Origin: an uncultured Verrucomicrobiae bacterium
GTDB lineage: Bacteria > Verrucomicrobiota > Verrucomicrobiia > Chthoniobacterales > UBA10450
Direction: 5' to 3'
DNA length: 64,000 bases
NCBI GenBank assembly: GCA_963735805.1
Contig: CAVTMK010000002.1
Coordinates: 1,248,001 to 1,312,000 of the forward strand
A program made the position numbers and the translations under genes. The notes beneath the pieces were generated by a model, which was not told the DNA's origin, made no database searches, and saw nothing but the letters and a program-made list of their open reading frames with translations. Below are positions 60,495 to 64,000 of the stretch, in pieces (position 1 is the first letter of the stretch; every line of letters starts with the position of its first letter).

Positions 60495-61490
60495 CTACGC
60501 CGCAAATTCGAAAATAATCTTGCCACTGCGTTGCCCCCGCGCTGCGTGGGCAACTGCCGTTTTTGCTTCGTTCAGTGGATAAGCTTTCTCCACTTTCGTT
60601 TGTAGCAGACCGTGTTTCGCCATCTCGAATAAATGGTGAAACGCTTCCATTCGCTGAGCGGGCGTCGCGCTGTCGTACCATTTATTAATCCAAATACCCC
60701 GGAAGCGGAGATCTTTGAAAATGAGCAGGCCATTCGGGATTTTCAGCGGCTGCAAACTCATTGCCCCGTAAGTCACCAGCGTTGCTCCCGGAGCGAGACA
60801 ATTTGCCAGGCGCAGTGCACTTTCGCCACCGACAGCGTTCAATCCCAGACGAATTGGCGCGCTGCCAATAGCATCTTCCACTTCGCGGCGAAGATTTTCG
60901 CTATCGACCAGGACAACATCACCACCATCCGCTCGCAGTTCATCGACTAATTCCGATCGTCGGACCACATTCACGGTCTTGTAGCCAAGCGCGTGCCCGA
61001 TTTGGATGACCGCGCGTCCTGCGGCCGAATTCGCAGCGTTCTGAATCAGCCAGTTGCCCCGTTCAAGGTTCACGTAATCGTGCAGCAAGCGCCACGCCGT
61101 CATTGGATTGATTTTTAACATGGCCGCGTGCACAGGCGTGATTCCCGCAGGGACCACAACCAATTCGTCGGCTTTCACGGCAACAGCGTCGCGCCATGTG
61201 CCAACGTTATGCGGTAAAATCACCAGAGCGCCACTGGTTAGGCCATTTACGTTTACGCCGACATCTACAACGATTCCTGCGCCTTCGAATCCGGGCGTCG
61301 CGGGCAGCTCTGCACGCACCGGATATTTTCCTTCGATCTGATTCAAATCGGCAGGGTTGATGGGCGCTGCGCTCATTTTCACGATAACTTCGCCAGCCGC
61401 CGTTGTTGGCCATGGTTGTGATTCGACGTGTAAGACGTCCGCCGGATTTCCGTGCGTTTCGTACACGGCTGCGTTTATAGTTTTCATCAT
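60495..61490 (-). CDS. MDR family 2-enoyl thioester reductase-like protein
   Basis: APINPADL, INPMTAWRLL, QNAANSAAG, TYGAMS. Confidence 0.9.
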   Translation of the reverse strand: MMKTINAAVYETHGNPADVLHVESQPWPTTAAGEVIVKMSAAPINPADLNQIEGKYPVRAELPATPGFEGAGIVVDVGVNVNGLTSGALVILPHNVGTWRDAVAVKADELVVVPAGITPVHAAMLKINPMTAWRLLHDYVNLERGNWLIQNAANSAAGRAVIQIGHALGYKTVNVVRRSELVDELRADGGDVVLVDSENLRREVEDAIGSAPIRLGLNAVGGESALRLANCLAPGATLVTYGAMSLQPLKIPNGLLIFKDLRFRGIWINKWYDSATPAQRMEAFHHLFEMAKHGLLQTKVEKAYPLNEAKTAVAHAARGQRSGKIIFEFAA

Positions 61491-62430
61491 GTCCTCGTCC
61501 CAGAATCCTCACGCCTCTGCAGACGATCTGCAAACACGCCGGGCGCCTGGCGGAATGACTTTGGCTGCGTTGCAGACTGGTGCACGGGTTGCGCTTTTCG
61601 GAATGATCGTGAATTCGATTTTTGCGACGGCGAAAATTCTCGGTGGATTCTTTGGTCACGCTTACGTGCTTATAGCTGATGGAATTGAGTCTGGCCTCGA
61701 TATCGCGGGCTCCTTTGTCATCTGGAGTGGGCTGAAAGTTGCGGCGCGGCCGCCTGATGCTTCTCATCCTTACGGTCACGGGAAAGCAGAACCGATAGCC
61801 GCTGTGATTGTTGGCGCCGGGGTCCTGGCGGCTGCAGTGGGGCTCGCTATTCAAAGCGTGCGCGAGATCTTTCTACCACATCACGCGCCGGCGCCTTTTA
61901 CGCTGGGGATTTTGATCGTTGTGATCGTCATCAAGGAAACTTTGTTTCGTTATGCCAACCGGATCGGCCGCAAGGTCGAAAGTACAGCCGTGCAAACAGA
62001 TGCCTGGCACCATCGCAGCGATGCGCTCACTTCCGCAGCTGCATTTATTGGTATTTCAGTGGCTTTGATAGGAGGCCAGCGATGGCGGAGTGCGGACGAC
62101 TGGGCTGCTATTTTCGCCTGTGTGGTGATCGCGGTAAATGGCGTCAGGCTGTTGCGCCCGGCGTTTTACGAAATCATGGACACCGCGCCGGGAAAAATCG
62201 TCAAGTCCGTTTGCTCGGTTGCCAGCACAGTCCCCGGCGTCATTGAGGTTGAGAAATGCCGCGCTCGTAAGATGGGCTTGGATTACTATGTCGATCTGCA
62301 CGTCGGAGTGGATGGCAAGATTTCCGTGCACGACGGCCACGAGATCGCGCATCGAGTAAAAAACGCCATTCAACAAAACGATTCACGCATTGCTGATGTG
62401 TTAGTTCACATCGAGCCGGCAAGACTCTAG
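61489..62430 (+). CDS. Cation diffusion facilitator transporter (FieF-like)
   Basis: HPYGHGKAE, DAWHHRSD, VLVHIEP. Start could be 61555. Confidence 0.92.
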   Translation: MSSSQNPHASADDLQTRRAPGGMTLAALQTGARVALFGMIVNSIFATAKILGGFFGHAYVLIADGIESGLDIAGSFVIWSGLKVAARPPDASHPYGHGKAEPIAAVIVGAGVLAAAVGLAIQSVREIFLPHHAPAPFTLGILIVVIVIKETLFRYANRIGRKVESTAVQTDAWHHRSDALTSAAAFIGISVALIGGQRWRSADDWAAIFACVVIAVNGVRLLRPAFYEIMDTAPGKIVKSVCSVASTVPGVIEVEKCRARKMGLDYYVDLHVGVDGKISVHDGHEIAHRVKNAIQQNDSRIADVLVHIEPARL

Positions 62431-62467
62431 CCGCCGCGCTGTGTCGCGGCGCGGCACGGCGACGCAG

Positions 62468-63165
62468 CTACATGTTCTTTAGAAGAGTTACAAGTGCGTC
62501 TGCCAAAATCTTTCGTGACCGCGCAATCCTCCGAGCGAACTGGACCAGGTGCGGGGCGCGGCTTGGATGTGCAAGAAGGTGTGTCGCCAGCTTAAGCATG
62601 CGAGTTTGCTGGCGTTCAATGTCGAAAAGAACATCCATCGGGGCCGGGAAAAGTTCGTGCGGCGTGTCGCTTATTACTCGAAGTGAAAGCAGCGGAATCC
62701 CTCGATCCGCGCAGGCGCGCGCGATGAATTCCGTCTCCATATCTACTGCCGCCGCTTTCGACGTGAGCGCAAGGTTGGTTCGTTCCTCGGGGGAATCGAT
62801 CAATGCAGGCACCGTCAAGAGCTTCCCGATATGAATCGGCAAATCCGAAAGCGATGCGCGCGTCCACTCAGGTCAACTGTCGAAAAATTCTCTGCCAGGA
62901 GTAGATCGCCGATCTGCAAATCATGGGCGAGTGCCCCTGCAAAGCCGCTGCTGATCAAACAATCGAATTGCTGGTCTTGTAGAAATTTTTCCAAGCGCTG
63001 CCGGCAGACCTTTTCACCGACCCCGGTATGAAGGACTTCAATCAGACGCTCATCAATCCTTCCGCGAATTGTCCTGATGCCTTTGCGATCTGTTCGGGAC
63101 TTTTGGGCAAGATAACGCAGGAATTCCCGGCTTTCTGCTGGCACCGCAAATATTACCGCGATCAT
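62468..63165 (-). pseudogene. Nucleoside phosphorylase/MTA-SAH nucleosidase-like gene split by a frameshift near 62860
   Basis: TGVG and GFAGAL in the first ORF, AVDMET and LRVISD in the second. Confidence 0.8.
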
Positions 63166-63168
63166 ATC

Positions 63169-64000
63169 TCACGCACCGACGGCACTGAGAAAGGCAAGCA
63201 TTCGCTGTAGCGCCTCCTGGCCGGTCGGTGCATCGAGGTTGAATTGGTACTCATGCGGCAGCGGCGGAACGTGGTTGGATGGAAAGAAAAGGCTATCGAC
63301 GCGAACGCCAAGGCGCATCAATTTCTCTGCAAGCGCGACAGCCTGCGGCGCGAGCGGATCCGCATTGCCGCTGGAAATAAAAGTCGGCGGAAAAGTTCGG
63401 GTGACGTTGCCCGGTCACGGACATTAGTTTGAATCGGTCGTCGGCTCGGAAATTCTTCACACCGGAATACGCCCATAGCATTGCTTTTAGAAACCATCCG
63501 TGATTACCGACTGGATTCACCGCGGACGGATCGTAGACGCCGGAAAAAAGGAGCATGGCCAACAACTGATTCACTTTTAACTGCCGGGTAAGTCCGATTG
63601 CGCGTGCGTAGTCGGGGTCGGTAGTAATCATTGCCACCTGGCTCGCGATATGCGCTCCAGCCGAATCGCCAGCGAGAACGATCTTGGCGGGGTCCACCTT
63701 GAGATTGGCGGCGTTCCGGACGACAAACCCGAGCGCCGCGTTCACCTCCTCGACCGGCTGTGGATAGGTTGTTCCATAACCCCTCGAATATTCGACGGCG
63801 ATCATCGTGTAGCCGTGTCCTGCCAGGATCTTCATGTAGTTGGTGATCCCGTTTTTGTTTCCGGCTACGAATCCGCCACCATGCACCCAGACGATCGTTG
63901 GACGAGGCGCGTTTCCTTCCTGTTGATAGTACAGATCAAACGTTTCATTTTTCCCGCTGCCATAGGCGACGTCGCGCCGCGCAACGATGCCACTTGGAAC
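63169..64000 (-). pseudogene. Alpha/beta hydrolase (HSL-like esterase), 5' end outside the window, frameshift near 63411
   Basis: HGGGF and GDSAG. The shifted frame continues PPTFISSGNADPL..HEYQF to a stop at 63169. Confidence 0.8.

Overview
The window has two halves. The left half (~1.3-31.2 kb) is a chromosomal integron: an IntI tyrosine recombinase (30194-31180, +), an attI site (30064-30082) and a ~29 kb minus-strand cassette array with about 30 intact or degenerate attC sites that decay with distance from attI. The attC sites are unusual in two ways. All intact ones have a 5-nt R''-L'' spacer opposite an 8-10-nt L'-R' spacer. Members of the main 96-bp family also carry non-coding inserts (24-176 bp) at three fixed positions, giving sites of up to 566 bp, and removing the inserts restores exactly 96 bp in four cases; a fourth related insert sits in an older site. 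The inserts share a sequence motif, insert 3 is more conserved than the attC sequence around it, two inserts also occur as internally deleted forms that keep both ends, and one appears to have been used as a recombination crossover. This is the best candidate here for an undescribed system. The right half (31.2-64 kb) is housekeeping and accessory DNA: glnA, glnB, dnaE (with an in-frame palindromic insertion), ald, rnpA-yidD-yidC-jag without an adjacent rpmH, a bacillithiol-like bshA cluster with a half-length BshC-like protein, and several enzymes. Gene style suggests a soil Verrucomicrobiota (Chthoniobacterales-like) genome, which is an inference. Four single-base frameshifts point to possible assembly errors. 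All alignments were done by eye.
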